IMG/VR virus record: IMGVR_UViG_3300043409_001427
Span: 1-64,000 of that record
DNA length: 64,000 nt
DNA from: a virus
Reading direction: 5' to 3' (one strand)
The notes under the pieces are model-generated. The model was not told where the DNA came from. It saw only the letters and a program-made list of their open reading frames with translations, and made no database searches. Position numbers and translations under genes: made by a program. How positions within the stretch are numbered: the first letter of the stretch is position 1; every line of letters starts with the position of its first letter. Of this stretch, positions 38,565-47,675 are shown in pieces.

Positions 38565-40808
38565 TTAAGACCCGGACCTTATAGGGTTCCCGTTGCTGTC
38601 TGTCACAATTCCTCCAGACCCTGTTCCCACAATACCCGACGGTTTAACTCCATCTTTTTCAAATTTAGCCTTGTACTCTGCATAATATTGCTTTCGTTTT
38701 TCAAAGCCGTTGCGACCGCCGTTAACAAGACCAGTCACTGATACTGGATCGTCCCAAAATGCTGTCGTGTCTTGGTACGGTTGAGTCATTGTTTTATTTT
38801 TAAATCCTTTAGGTTTATAAACATTGAAGAAATATAATACGGATTTACTTGCCCACTCAATGCCTTCTACTAGATCGGGTTGTTGTTCAAAGTCAATTCC
38901 TGCTTTAAAATATCCGGTCATTTTTCTATAAACATCTTTACCTGTAAGTTGTATAAAGCCGCGGCCTTTGTACTTAACACCGTCGCCTGCTGTTCTATTT
39001 CCTAAATCAGTACGACCTTCGTATTCTGCACCACTTGCATATTCTCTCAAGGCCCTAAAGTGATCACTTTCAACTTTACACTGGGACATCCAGGCCGCTA
39101 ATTTTATCGGATCTGTTACACCGTTTGCTATTAAAGTAGCCTGTAGGTATTGCTCATTATCTGCCGCTTTTCCTTTTAGGGGGGCAGCAACCGGAGCATC
39201 ATTTACTGGCGGCGCGGCACCGGAACCAGCTTCCGGTGCAGGTGCGGTTGGGCTAACACTGCTGTCTCCACCGGGTCGAGGAGTTACAACAACATTGGTA
39301 CTAGCTGGGGTAAACTTTTCAGGATTAACATTCTCATGATGCGGCCAAGGTTCGTGAGTAGGAACCCGTTGCATTATAGTAGTGATAGTACCTGTATTAT
39401 AAAATTTGTCAGGCCCCCAACCGTAACTAATTTCTCGATTAGGTAATGCAAAGATATCTAACTTTTCTGGAACTTCGGCAGACTCGGGCTTATTAGGATC
39501 TGGTGCGGCTGGGCCGTTTAAGTGAATCTGTGTGGCTGCGGCGATTATATTGCCGCTTGCACCTAGCGAAAGCGTACCTGATGCTCCGCAGATTAAATTA
39601 GCGGCAGTTCCTATGCTGTATGCACCAGCCGATGCGTGAGAACTGGTTCCGCCTGCTTCAGAATTTATGTTACCGCCCGAAGAAACTCTAAAATTATCAC
39701 CGGTTGAGATATTAAGATTATCACCAAATATTATCTTTCCACTAGTATCGCAAATAAGATAAAATCTACTCTTACAATTAACTTCTATTCCATCAAATGC
39801 ATTCATGTGTATATTGCGGCCTGCTTCAAAGTTGATATCTCTATCTGCTCTAAAGTTAAAATCTTGTTCCGAATGTATACTGATGCTATCCTGAGCAAAA
39901 ATATCAATCTTTCCGTTGCTGGTTAATTCTATCCACGCACTGCCTTTACTATTACCAATGTAAATTAAATCCTGGCTATTATGCATGAGGATCTGATGTC
40001 CAGTCCTAGTGCGGATTCTCACCAATTCATTCTGTCCGTTAATATCGCCGTCGTCCATTACAAATGTAGTGCCGCCCAGCCTACTTACAGGTGCTTGACG
40101 CTTTTGTTCATAGCCAATCATACCGGTTTTGGCTCCTGCACTGGTGTCTAGTGGGCCCGGGGTGCTAATACCAAATACTGAACTTGGCACCTCTCTTCTT
40201 GCACCGCTAGAAGTAACTCCTCTAACAGTATCTAACAACAATCCTTGTTCCACTAGTCTATCGGCAAACGGATGAACAGGTTTTTTAATAGTATCAACGT
40301 TAGGAACATTTAAATTCTGTGTACTTTTTAAATACTCAGCAACTGGTAGGTAAGTAGTTCCATACTTTTGTAACTGTTCAGAAGTTACAGCAGAATTTTG
40401 ACTTGCGGCAATTCCCGGTACCATATGATTTTGGAATTGATCCGGAACACATCCCATCCAATAACCTTGATTTGGATCTCCGTCAACAAAGATAACCATA
40501 ACGATCGTTCCCACATCGGGAGGAATACACCACATACCATAGCTTTTCTGCACATCGTTAAAATTACTACTGTTATTACCTTCAAACCTAGGACTAGTCA
40601 CTCCATAGAACGGACTGAGATACTTAACAACAAAAGTGTTTTCTTGAGAGTCAACGGTATTATGAATTGTCTTAACTAGGGCAACTTCTAATCCTCCCAT
40701 ATAAGTAGGATCTAGATGACTTGTTACTTCTGCTAAGAATGGGCCAGGTGAGGATAACAAACCACTTCCACCGCCTCTGCGTGTTGACATTCGTGTTTCT
40801 GTAGCCAT
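38565..40808 (-). CDS. gp5: baseplate hub/spike gp5 with C-terminal GH19 (chitinase/lysozyme-like) domain
   Basis: OB-fold DPTYMGGLEV...PPDVG, RTRTGHQ beta-helix, GH19 motifs ES..F...E, YKGRGFIQLTG, VNGGRNG. Confidence 0.88.
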   Translation of the reverse strand: MATETRMSTRRGGGSGLLSSPGPFLAEVTSHLDPTYMGGLEVALVKTIHNTVDSQENTFVVKYLSPFYGVTSPRFEGNNSSNFNDVQKSYGMWCIPPDVGTIVMVIFVDGDPNQGYWMGCVPDQFQNHMVPGIAASQNSAVTSEQLQKYGTTYLPVAEYLKSTQNLNVPNVDTIKKPVHPFADRLVEQGLLLDTVRGVTSSGARREVPSSVFGISTPGPLDTSAGAKTGMIGYEQKRQAPVSRLGGTTFVMDDGDINGQNELVRIRTRTGHQILMHNSQDLIYIGNSKGSAWIELTSNGKIDIFAQDSISIHSEQDFNFRADRDINFEAGRNIHMNAFDGIEVNCKSRFYLICDTSGKIIFGDNLNISTGDNFRVSSGGNINSEAGGTSSHASAGAYSIGTAANLICGASGTLSLGASGNIIAAATQIHLNGPAAPDPNKPESAEVPEKLDIFALPNREISYGWGPDKFYNTGTITTIMQRVPTHEPWPHHENVNPEKFTPASTNVVVTPRPGGDSSVSPTAPAPEAGSGAAPPVNDAPVAAPLKGKAADNEQYLQATLIANGVTDPIKLAAWMSQCKVESDHFRALREYASGAEYEGRTDLGNRTAGDGVKYKGRGFIQLTGKDVYRKMTGYFKAGIDFEQQPDLVEGIEWASKSVLYFFNVYKPKGFKNKTMTQPYQDTTAFWDDPVSVTGLVNGGRNGFEKRKQYYAEYKAKFEKDGVKPSGIVGTGSGGIVTDSNGNPIRSGS

Positions 40809-40811
40809 ATA

Positions 40812-43800
40812 TTACCTTATCATTATTTTATCTAACGGACTTGTTCCTGCAGACCTACTACCAAATTTATTAACAACGGAGCTTCCTAGGTCGCCCACGA
40901 TGTTAACTGGGCCTAGTTGATTCCTGACTCCGATAAAGTTACCTTCTAGTGACCCCAGAATTCCAGTCGGTCCCATCAATGACTTTCTCTCTGCATATAA
41001 TTTAGCACCTAATACGGCTGCATCAGTAAGATTGTTTACCCCCAATCTACTTGCATATTTTTGAACAATTGATGGTGAATTTGACATTGCTTCTTGAGCA
41101 GTATCACCAGATAATTGTGTTTGAGATATTTCCGAAATGTTGTTTGCTCCATATGACCTAGCCAATGCGGTCGGCCCCCCATACGATACAATACTGTTAA
41201 GAGCACCAATATCCGGCCTTGGTGGTTGGGCAACTGCATACGGAGCACTAGGTGGTAATCTAGAAATGCCTCCGTACGACATTCCGTTAAGATTTATTCC
41301 TTGGGCCGCAGCCGTTGCTAAATTAGTATCAGCAGGAATATTGCTAGCAATTCCTGATAATTGTCCTAACACCTTACTTTCTAGGTTAGGACTTAATCCA
41401 GATAGTTGACTTTGGTCTACACCAAATAATGGTGCAATAGCATGAGGGTCTGCATTAGACCCCTGAGTTAATGACCTCAATCGAGATGTAACATCTCCAA
41501 CTAGGCCGGCGCCGCGGTCTGGCATAGACGATGTGGCTCCAATCATATTAGAATTTAACCCTTGAATGGGACTATTCCCTATTGGTAACGCAGACGGAAT
41601 AATTTGAACATTAGCACCGGCACCAATTCCTGATCCAATGACACCAAGTTGACTAACCTTCCTGGCCTGTATCCCAACAAATTGATCTAACAACTGCCTT
41701 GGGGCGCCGCTAATACCAAAGCTATTGGCCAGTGTGCTAGCTAACTGTTGTACATAGCCGCCAGGGCTATATACTCGATTTTGTAAACCTACTGCCGCCC
41801 TAGCAGGTAATGGCATACCAAAAGCAGGCTGAAATTGTCCACCAGGTATTGATCCTCCGAACCCTTGACCGGCAAGTCTTGCGGCGCCTGCTAGGTTTGG
41901 AGTTGCTCCGCTTACTGCTGAAATACCGGCAGATAACCTTGATGCGCCTGCTAGGTTTAGATTACTACCGGCTACTGCTGAAACAGTTCCCCCAAGTCCA
42001 CCAGTAGCCGCAGTAAAATTAGATAGGTATCCTGGTAATCCTGGTGAAGGAAGTCCTCTGTTTATTTGATTCCACAAGTTTAATTCATCTGGTCGTTGTC
42101 CGGGTGCGGATGGTTCTGCTGGCGTTGCGTCTTGAACTACTGTATCTCTTCTGTTAACCGCTTGACTAATCCGAGCCGTTGGATCTGTCGGTTTATTTTT
42201 TCCTTTGTTAGAAACCTCCCCTGCTCTAGATTGTCCCGGTACTCGAACAATCTGTAATGTTTGTTTAAAGGCGCCGCCTTTAAACGCACTCTTGCAGGTA
42301 GTAACCATATACACACCACTAAACGGAATCTTTTCAGGTTCAAAAAACATTTGGCCGCCTTGTTCGAGCGGCTGAATGTCAATTGGGTTCATAAAATTAA
42401 TAGTGATCAACACTTCGCCGTAATTAAAAGACGCCTCGCCATCTTGTGTTTCTCTGGGACTAGCCTTAGAAGGTTTGGGACTGTAATTTCCTATTCCGCC
42501 AGTTACAATATAAAACGGATCTCCGACAATTTCTATTTCGCCGGTAAGCATATTACTAGTAGAATCAACTACTGCCGAGTGCATGGCCTGGGCCATCGCA
42601 AAATATGCACTTTGCTGAGTTTGACCTCCGGAGTTTTCCATATCGTTCGTTAAGTCAGCCGTAGTTTGAACCGGGTGTCCTGGCAATCCTGTTTCTTGCG
42701 ACCTATCTATATCAGACTCACTCGTTGTAATTTTTATATTAGGCTTATCAGTCGGGGCCGCAGAATTTCTCGAAGGTGGTCCGCCAGTATTTCCTAATCT
42801 TGCAGGAACTGCTTCAAAGAACATATTATTAAAATTTAATTTAAAATTAGTTACATCTATATTTTTTCCTGTATAGATATAATTGTATTCTCTCATTGAC
42901 TGCTTTGACAATTTTTCCATATCTAGTCTGTTATTTCCATAATTTGGAATACGAGTATATAAAATTTTAAAAGGAGTAACAACAAAAGTATAAATTTGAT
43001 AAGGTCGTTTCTTCTCTTTGCTTGTAGACTGTTTGTTTTCTACTTCCATTTTAATTAAGAAATAATCAACCATATTATCTTTTACTACTGTCTGCCATTC
43101 AGACGGTGACGATAGCTTTTCAAGTATGTCTCTTATATAATGACTATCCTTAATAATTGAAGTTATGCATTCATGTATTTTCTTTCCTTCAGGAAACTGT
43201 ACTGCTGATACTCCGGGAGACAATTTAAATACTTCGGGTCGTTTAGCACTCTGTTCAGGTGTGGGATTCTTTTGATCTTTAGGTTGATTTGCTGTTGGTT
43301 TTTGATTTGTTCCGGCATCAGGAAACTTATAAGAGGCGCTGTCTTTTAATAGTTCTGTAACCTGTGCTCCGGCAAGTTTATTCACTATCTTAACACCATC
43401 ACTCCATCCGGTTGTATCATTCCATTCAGGAAATCTAATTTTATATTCATCAAAGGAGTCAGCCCCTAAAGGAGTTTTACTAATAGATTGGTCATGCTCC
43501 TTTGCTTGTTTCTCGACCGACTGTACTAAATTTTGTAAGATTGATTGAACAGTTCCCCCAGAAATTTTAACAGGCATTTTAATTTCGGAAGGATTTCCAA
43601 ATCCCTTCTGCTCTAATGGGACTGCTGTTACATTATATTTCGTACCTTTCTCGTCTACACTTACTTCTACATTGCTTAATTGTATGGGGAAATATCTAAC
43701 AGCATTTTTTTCGTATATTGGATCTGAAATATCATCACCGTCTGGGTACCCAACAACTTCCATTTTTAATAAAAAAGTAGCATCGTGATACGATGCATAT

Positions 43801-44402
43801 CCTGCCGCGATAGAAGCCACATGCATTGATTCGAGAAACCCACTTATACTGTAGGGTTCAATAACTTCAAATATAACCTTTGTAGGTTGTGTTACTCCGC
43901 TTTGACCATCCGAAGACATAACAGTTTCTACCTCAACATTGTCAACAAACATGTCAAAGCGACCCGGACTTTTTTGATTAAACTCACTGATAAGAGCGTT
44001 ACCTGAAGAATCTAAATAATCAACCTTAGTAGTTGCTGTTGTCACCGTAGGGACTGTTTTCTTCCACCACAATGAGCCAGTTGTTGCAGTACCGCGCTTT
44101 TCTTCTTTCACTTCCATCGTTCGAGGAACTGGTACTGCTTTTGACGGATCAATTCCTTTGGTACCTTTTCCTGATGATCTTAAAATAACATAGTCTAACG
44201 CACTATCTCTATAAGTTTCGGGCCTATACGCATCGTCTCTTTTTAATGTAGACAAAGTAAAAAGATATGTATAGGATTTATATTTGTGTAATACATTACT
44301 ACCAGTTGACCCTCGAATCGCGCCGTTAGCAGTGTCCAGCCCGATTGGTGCAGGTGTTGCTGACTTTTCTGTTTTCTTTTCAACACTAGTACTATCAGCC
44401 AT
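40812..44402 (-). CDS. baseplate hub protein (gp27-like) with long Gly/Ala/Ser-rich C-terminal extension
   Basis: Position between gp53 and gp5; YNYIYTGKNID, EIVGDPFY, FSGVYMV..FKQTL motifs. Confidence 0.65.
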   Translation of the reverse strand: MADSTSVEKKTEKSATPAPIGLDTANGAIRGSTGSNVLHKYKSYTYLFTLSTLKRDDAYRPETYRDSALDYVILRSSGKGTKGIDPSKAVPVPRTMEVKEEKRGTATTGSLWWKKTVPTVTTATTKVDYLDSSGNALISEFNQKSPGRFDMFVDNVEVETVMSSDGQSGVTQPTKVIFEVIEPYSISGFLESMHVASIAAGYASYHDATFLLKMEVVGYPDGDDISDPIYEKNAVRYFPIQLSNVEVSVDEKGTKYNVTAVPLEQKGFGNPSEIKMPVKISGGTVQSILQNLVQSVEKQAKEHDQSISKTPLGADSFDEYKIRFPEWNDTTGWSDGVKIVNKLAGAQVTELLKDSASYKFPDAGTNQKPTANQPKDQKNPTPEQSAKRPEVFKLSPGVSAVQFPEGKKIHECITSIIKDSHYIRDILEKLSSPSEWQTVVKDNMVDYFLIKMEVENKQSTSKEKKRPYQIYTFVVTPFKILYTRIPNYGNNRLDMEKLSKQSMREYNYIYTGKNIDVTNFKLNFNNMFFEAVPARLGNTGGPPSRNSAAPTDKPNIKITTSESDIDRSQETGLPGHPVQTTADLTNDMENSGGQTQQSAYFAMAQAMHSAVVDSTSNMLTGEIEIVGDPFYIVTGGIGNYSPKPSKASPRETQDGEASFNYGEVLITINFMNPIDIQPLEQGGQMFFEPEKIPFSGVYMVTTCKSAFKGGAFKQTLQIVRVPGQSRAGEVSNKGKNKPTDPTARISQAVNRRDTVVQDATPAEPSAPGQRPDELNLWNQINRGLPSPGLPGYLSNFTAATGGLGGTVSAVAGSNLNLAGASRLSAGISAVSGATPNLAGAARLAGQGFGGSIPGGQFQPAFGMPLPARAAVGLQNRVYSPGGYVQQLASTLANSFGISGAPRQLLDQFVGIQARKVSQLGVIGSGIGAGANVQIIPSALPIGNSPIQGLNSNMIGATSSMPDRGAGLVGDVTSRLRSLTQGSNADPHAIAPLFGVDQSQLSGLSPNLESKVLGQLSGIASNIPADTNLATAAAQGINLNGMSYGGISRLPPSAPYAVAQPPRPDIGALNSIVSYGGPTALARSYGANNISEISQTQLSGDTAQEAMSNSPSIVQKYASRLGVNNLTDAAVLGAKLYAERKSLMGPTGILGSLEGNFIGVRNQLGPVNIVGDLGSSVVNKFGSRSAGTSPLDKIMIR

Positions 44403-44403
44403 T

Positions 44404-44703
44404 TTAAATTCCTAATGAGGCTTTAAGAGAACTTAATTTAGGAACAAATATTTTAATTCCTGCCTGCATGTCAAACACCGGGTCTCTCAATATAGAAGGA
44501 TTCCTTGCCGCAAATACCCACCATAGGCTAACATCATTATAAACATCGTGAGCAAGGAGATCGGGCCTAGTTTCGTAGCTTTTAGTTACAGTGAATAATA
44601 TGTCATCTGCTTCGACAGGAACCTGTCGCCAGGTCATAACATCTAAATACCCAATAGTTTGCTCAGTATTATAATAAGGACTTGTATTTTTATATTCAGC
44701 CAT
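44404..44703 (-). CDS. gp53: baseplate wedge gp53 (LysM-like)
   Basis: RPDLLAHDVY...LWWVFAARNP. Confidence 0.85.
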   Translation of the reverse strand: MAEYKNTSPYYNTEQTIGYLDVMTWRQVPVEADDILFTVTKSYETRPDLLAHDVYNDVSLWWVFAARNPSILRDPVFDMQAGIKIFVPKLSSLKASLGI

Positions 44704-45566
44704 TATAGATATCCTTTTCCTTTGTATGTTCCATTAATAAATCCAGTAACACTCGAAGCTTGCATCTCGGCTCGACTGTACATCAGTTTGCAATTAATCG
44801 TTAAAGTGCTTCTTGTTGGAACACTTGCTGCCCCAAATGGTTGACTACTTTCTAACAACGAGTAAAAATCGCAATCGTCAGGAAAGTCGTGTTTAAAACT
44901 TGTGATAACCACTGGAATATTTTTTAAATTATATTCACCGTAAGCATCTAATCTACATACCGGAGGGGGAGACCCGGCAGTTGGATCATTACCAAAACTC
45001 ATTTTAGTTAGTGCGGCTAATAATCGCACAGTTGCTAGCCAGATGACCGCATCGACTTCATTCTGCACAGTAAATTTTCCAGTTATTGAAATATCCGAAA
45101 CACTACTGCTCTTATAAAAATTAATAGGAAAGTTTGAGTGAATGGGAGTTAACGATCCATACTCTGCTTTGTGTTCCATTGTAACTTGCGGGGTGTATGG
45201 AAAAATAATTCCACCTAAATAACTTGGACCCAATTCAGCTAGGCTAGTACCTTGCGTAAATGTTGTGAGATAAGTTTTAGGTACACGGATCCGAACTCTA
45301 AGATCGGTACTTTGAGAAGCGGGTTGAACATTTCCTTCAGAATCCTGTTTTTGCTGAGTTACTTCTTGAGCGGCTGGTGGGGTAGGCGGTGCTGCCCCAG
45401 GTGTTAGGTTCCCCATATCTCTAACCGGGCCTTCTTTTAGAGGTGGAGTCGGAGCTTGTTTGCGGCGCGGGTCTCTAAATATAATGGCGGCTCCACCTTT
45501 GGTGTCGGATCCAATAAAGCCCTTAGCGGCATAATTTTTACTTGCTTCACCTAAAATGTCACTCAT
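44703..45566 (-). CDS. baseplate/tail-tube initiator (gp48/gp54-like)
   Basis: GIIFPYTP, GSPPPVCRLDAYG, PVVITSF. Confidence 0.7.
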   Translation of the reverse strand: MSDILGEASKNYAAKGFIGSDTKGGAAIIFRDPRRKQAPTPPLKEGPVRDMGNLTPGAAPPTPPAAQEVTQQKQDSEGNVQPASQSTDLRVRIRVPKTYLTTFTQGTSLAELGPSYLGGIIFPYTPQVTMEHKAEYGSLTPIHSNFPINFYKSSSVSDISITGKFTVQNEVDAVIWLATVRLLAALTKMSFGNDPTAGSPPPVCRLDAYGEYNLKNIPVVITSFKHDFPDDCDFYSLLESSQPFGAASVPTRSTLTINCKLMYSRAEMQASSVTGFINGTYKGKGYL

Positions 45567-45621
45567 AGTTTTTTTCCCTTATAGCTTATTTAACCAATAA
45601 ATAAAATGCTAATATTTCTGG

Positions 45622-45649
45622 TTGACACATTGAAAAATCGTGTTATACT
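45622..45649 (+). promoter_or_regulatory. sigma70 promoter for gp55, divergent from a minus-strand TAAATA late promoter (about 45587-45592)
   Basis: TTGACA-N16-TATACT with TG extension. Confidence 0.7.
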
Positions 45650-45671
45650 TGTACAAAGGAACCTACCCACA

Positions 45672-46613
45672 ATGACTATCGGAATAACAACAATAAGAAA
45701 AGCCAAATATTTAAACAATCGAGATTTACTAGCAGAGATACATCGTAGCAAGTGTTCATTTTCTAGCTTTATTACTCCGGAGCACGGCACCTACGACATT
45801 ATCCTCCCAAATTTAGATAAAGTAAATCAAAGAACTGTAGCCGAAGCTAAAAGAAATAGGGCTAAACGACTGGGATTACAAGCATTTGCTATAGCAAGAA
45901 ACTCGGGCGACAAGAAAACAAAACTTGCAGAAGTAACCCCGGACTATAAAACTGTTACGAAGACCGATGTTGTTATTCGTATAATGACCTTTGATCATAT
46001 TCCCCTAGCCCCCGGTCGTAAGAAAACTACCAAAACTACCGCCGATAGCCACGATAAAGTAAACTTCCCCCCATTCCAACATTGGAAGTTTGACGAAACC
46101 GATCCTGATAAACTTGTCTGTGTTGGCAAAAGCCACTGGAAAGGTCCGCTCGATACTGGACATTTTGGTAAAGACCACGGTCGCATTACAGAAAACTTAG
46201 GTAGAATGTATATTAAACTAAGTGAACGCTATGCTCAGCGATCTAATTGGCGTGGTTATACTTACATTGATGAAATGAAAGGGCAGGCAATTCTACAACT
46301 AAGTCAAATTGGTTTACAATTTGATGAAAGTAAATCGGAAAATCCGTTTGCCTACTATACCGCCGCAGTTACTAATAGTTTTACAAGAATCCTAAACTTA
46401 GAAAAGAAAAGCCAAAATATCCGTGACGACTTGTTAGAGGAAAATGGATTAACCCCAAGTTTAACTCGACAAAACAAACAAGAGTACGCAGAAGAAACAG
46501 CAAGGCAAGCAGAACTATACAAAAATATGCGTCAGCCCAAGAGTGAAGATACTGCATCGGATGAAGACGAGGCAGGTATTGACATTGTTGAAGGAGGAGA
46601 AATAAAGGCTTGA
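45672..46613 (+). CDS. gp55: late-transcription sigma factor (T4 gp55-like) with internal insertion
   Basis: YLNNRDLL, NWRGYTYIDEM, FDESKSENPFAYYT...F.RIL..EKK; start moved to ATG 45672 (AAGGA SD). Confidence 0.85.
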   Translation: MTIGITTIRKAKYLNNRDLLAEIHRSKCSFSSFITPEHGTYDIILPNLDKVNQRTVAEAKRNRAKRLGLQAFAIARNSGDKKTKLAEVTPDYKTVTKTDVVIRIMTFDHIPLAPGRKKTTKTTADSHDKVNFPPFQHWKFDETDPDKLVCVGKSHWKGPLDTGHFGKDHGRITENLGRMYIKLSERYAQRSNWRGYTYIDEMKGQAILQLSQIGLQFDESKSENPFAYYTAAVTNSFTRILNLEKKSQNIRDDLLEENGLTPSLTRQNKQEYAEETARQAELYKNMRQPKSEDTASDEDEAGIDIVEGGEIKA

Positions 46614-46638
46614 CTTTATTCAACATTGTTTGTACACT
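46610..46638 (+). promoter_or_regulatory. sigma70 early promoter
   Basis: TTGACT-N17-TACACT. Confidence 0.6.
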
Positions 46639-46661
46639 ATTAGTTACAAGGGAACTATAGA

Positions 46662-47675
46662 ATGGCTTTATTCAAAAAAGTAGCGTGTTTTACTGACATA
46701 CATTTTGGACTTAAATCAAATAGCACTACGCATTTAAAAGATTGTGAAGAGTTTGTAGATTGGTTTATTGCAGAAGCTAAGAAAGAGGGTTGCGAAACCG
46801 CAATCTTTCTTGGCGACTGGTCACACAATCGAAACAGCCTTAACCTATTCACATTAGATTCCAGCTTACGATGCCTTGAAAAACTAGGTGCGGCATTTGA
46901 TAACTTTTATTGGTTCCCTGGCAACCACGATTTGTTCTATAAAGACAGGCGCGACATCCATAGCAGTGCATTTGGGCGGCATGTTCCCGGAGTTACCGTA
47001 GTAGAAGAAATAACTACCATAAACGATGTAACCTTTGTACCTTGGCTAGTTGGAAACGAGTGGAAGTCTATGAAAGACTTAAAAAGCAAGTATGTCTTTG
47101 GCCACTTTGAATTGCCCAGGTTCTATATGAACGCGATGATACAAATGCCCGACTATGGAGAGCTACGGGCAGAAGACTTTAATGGTCCCGACTACATTTT
47201 TAGTGGTCATTTCCATAGGAGGCAAGAAAATAACAAAGTAATTTACATTGGTAATGCATTTCCCCATAACTATTCCGATGCTTGGGACGACGACCGGGGC
47301 ATGATGGTCATGGAATGGGGCGGTGTTCCCCAATTTATCAACTGGGAAGATTGTCCTAAGTATAGATCTATTAAATTGTCAGACCTTATTGACAAAAAAG
47401 ATACGATTATAAAAAGCAAAATGCACTTCAAGGTTAACTTAGACATTGATATAAGCTATGAAGAAGCAAATTTCATTAAAGAAACTTTTATCAATGATTA
47501 CGATATTAGAGAAATCAGTCTTATTCAAGACAAAACAAACCTTGAAGGATCAATGGACAATAGTCCAGACACGCTATTTGAAAGTGTAGATCAAATTGTT
47601 ACTGAACAATTGATTAATATTGACAGCAAAGACTTTGACAAGAATACCTTACTAGAGATTTATAATAACCTATAA
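46662..47675 (+). CDS. gp47: recombination endonuclease gp47 (Mre11/SbcD-like)
   Basis: TDIHFG, LGD, GNHD, GHF, SGHFH metallophosphoesterase motifs. Confidence 0.95.
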   Translation: MALFKKVACFTDIHFGLKSNSTTHLKDCEEFVDWFIAEAKKEGCETAIFLGDWSHNRNSLNLFTLDSSLRCLEKLGAAFDNFYWFPGNHDLFYKDRRDIHSSAFGRHVPGVTVVEEITTINDVTFVPWLVGNEWKSMKDLKSKYVFGHFELPRFYMNAMIQMPDYGELRAEDFNGPDYIFSGHFHRRQENNKVIYIGNAFPHNYSDAWDDDRGMMVMEWGGVPQFINWEDCPKYRSIKLSDLIDKKDTIIKSKMHFKVNLDIDISYEEANFIKETFINDYDIREISLIQDKTNLEGSMDNSPDTLFESVDQIVTEQLINIDSKDFDKNTLLEIYNNL

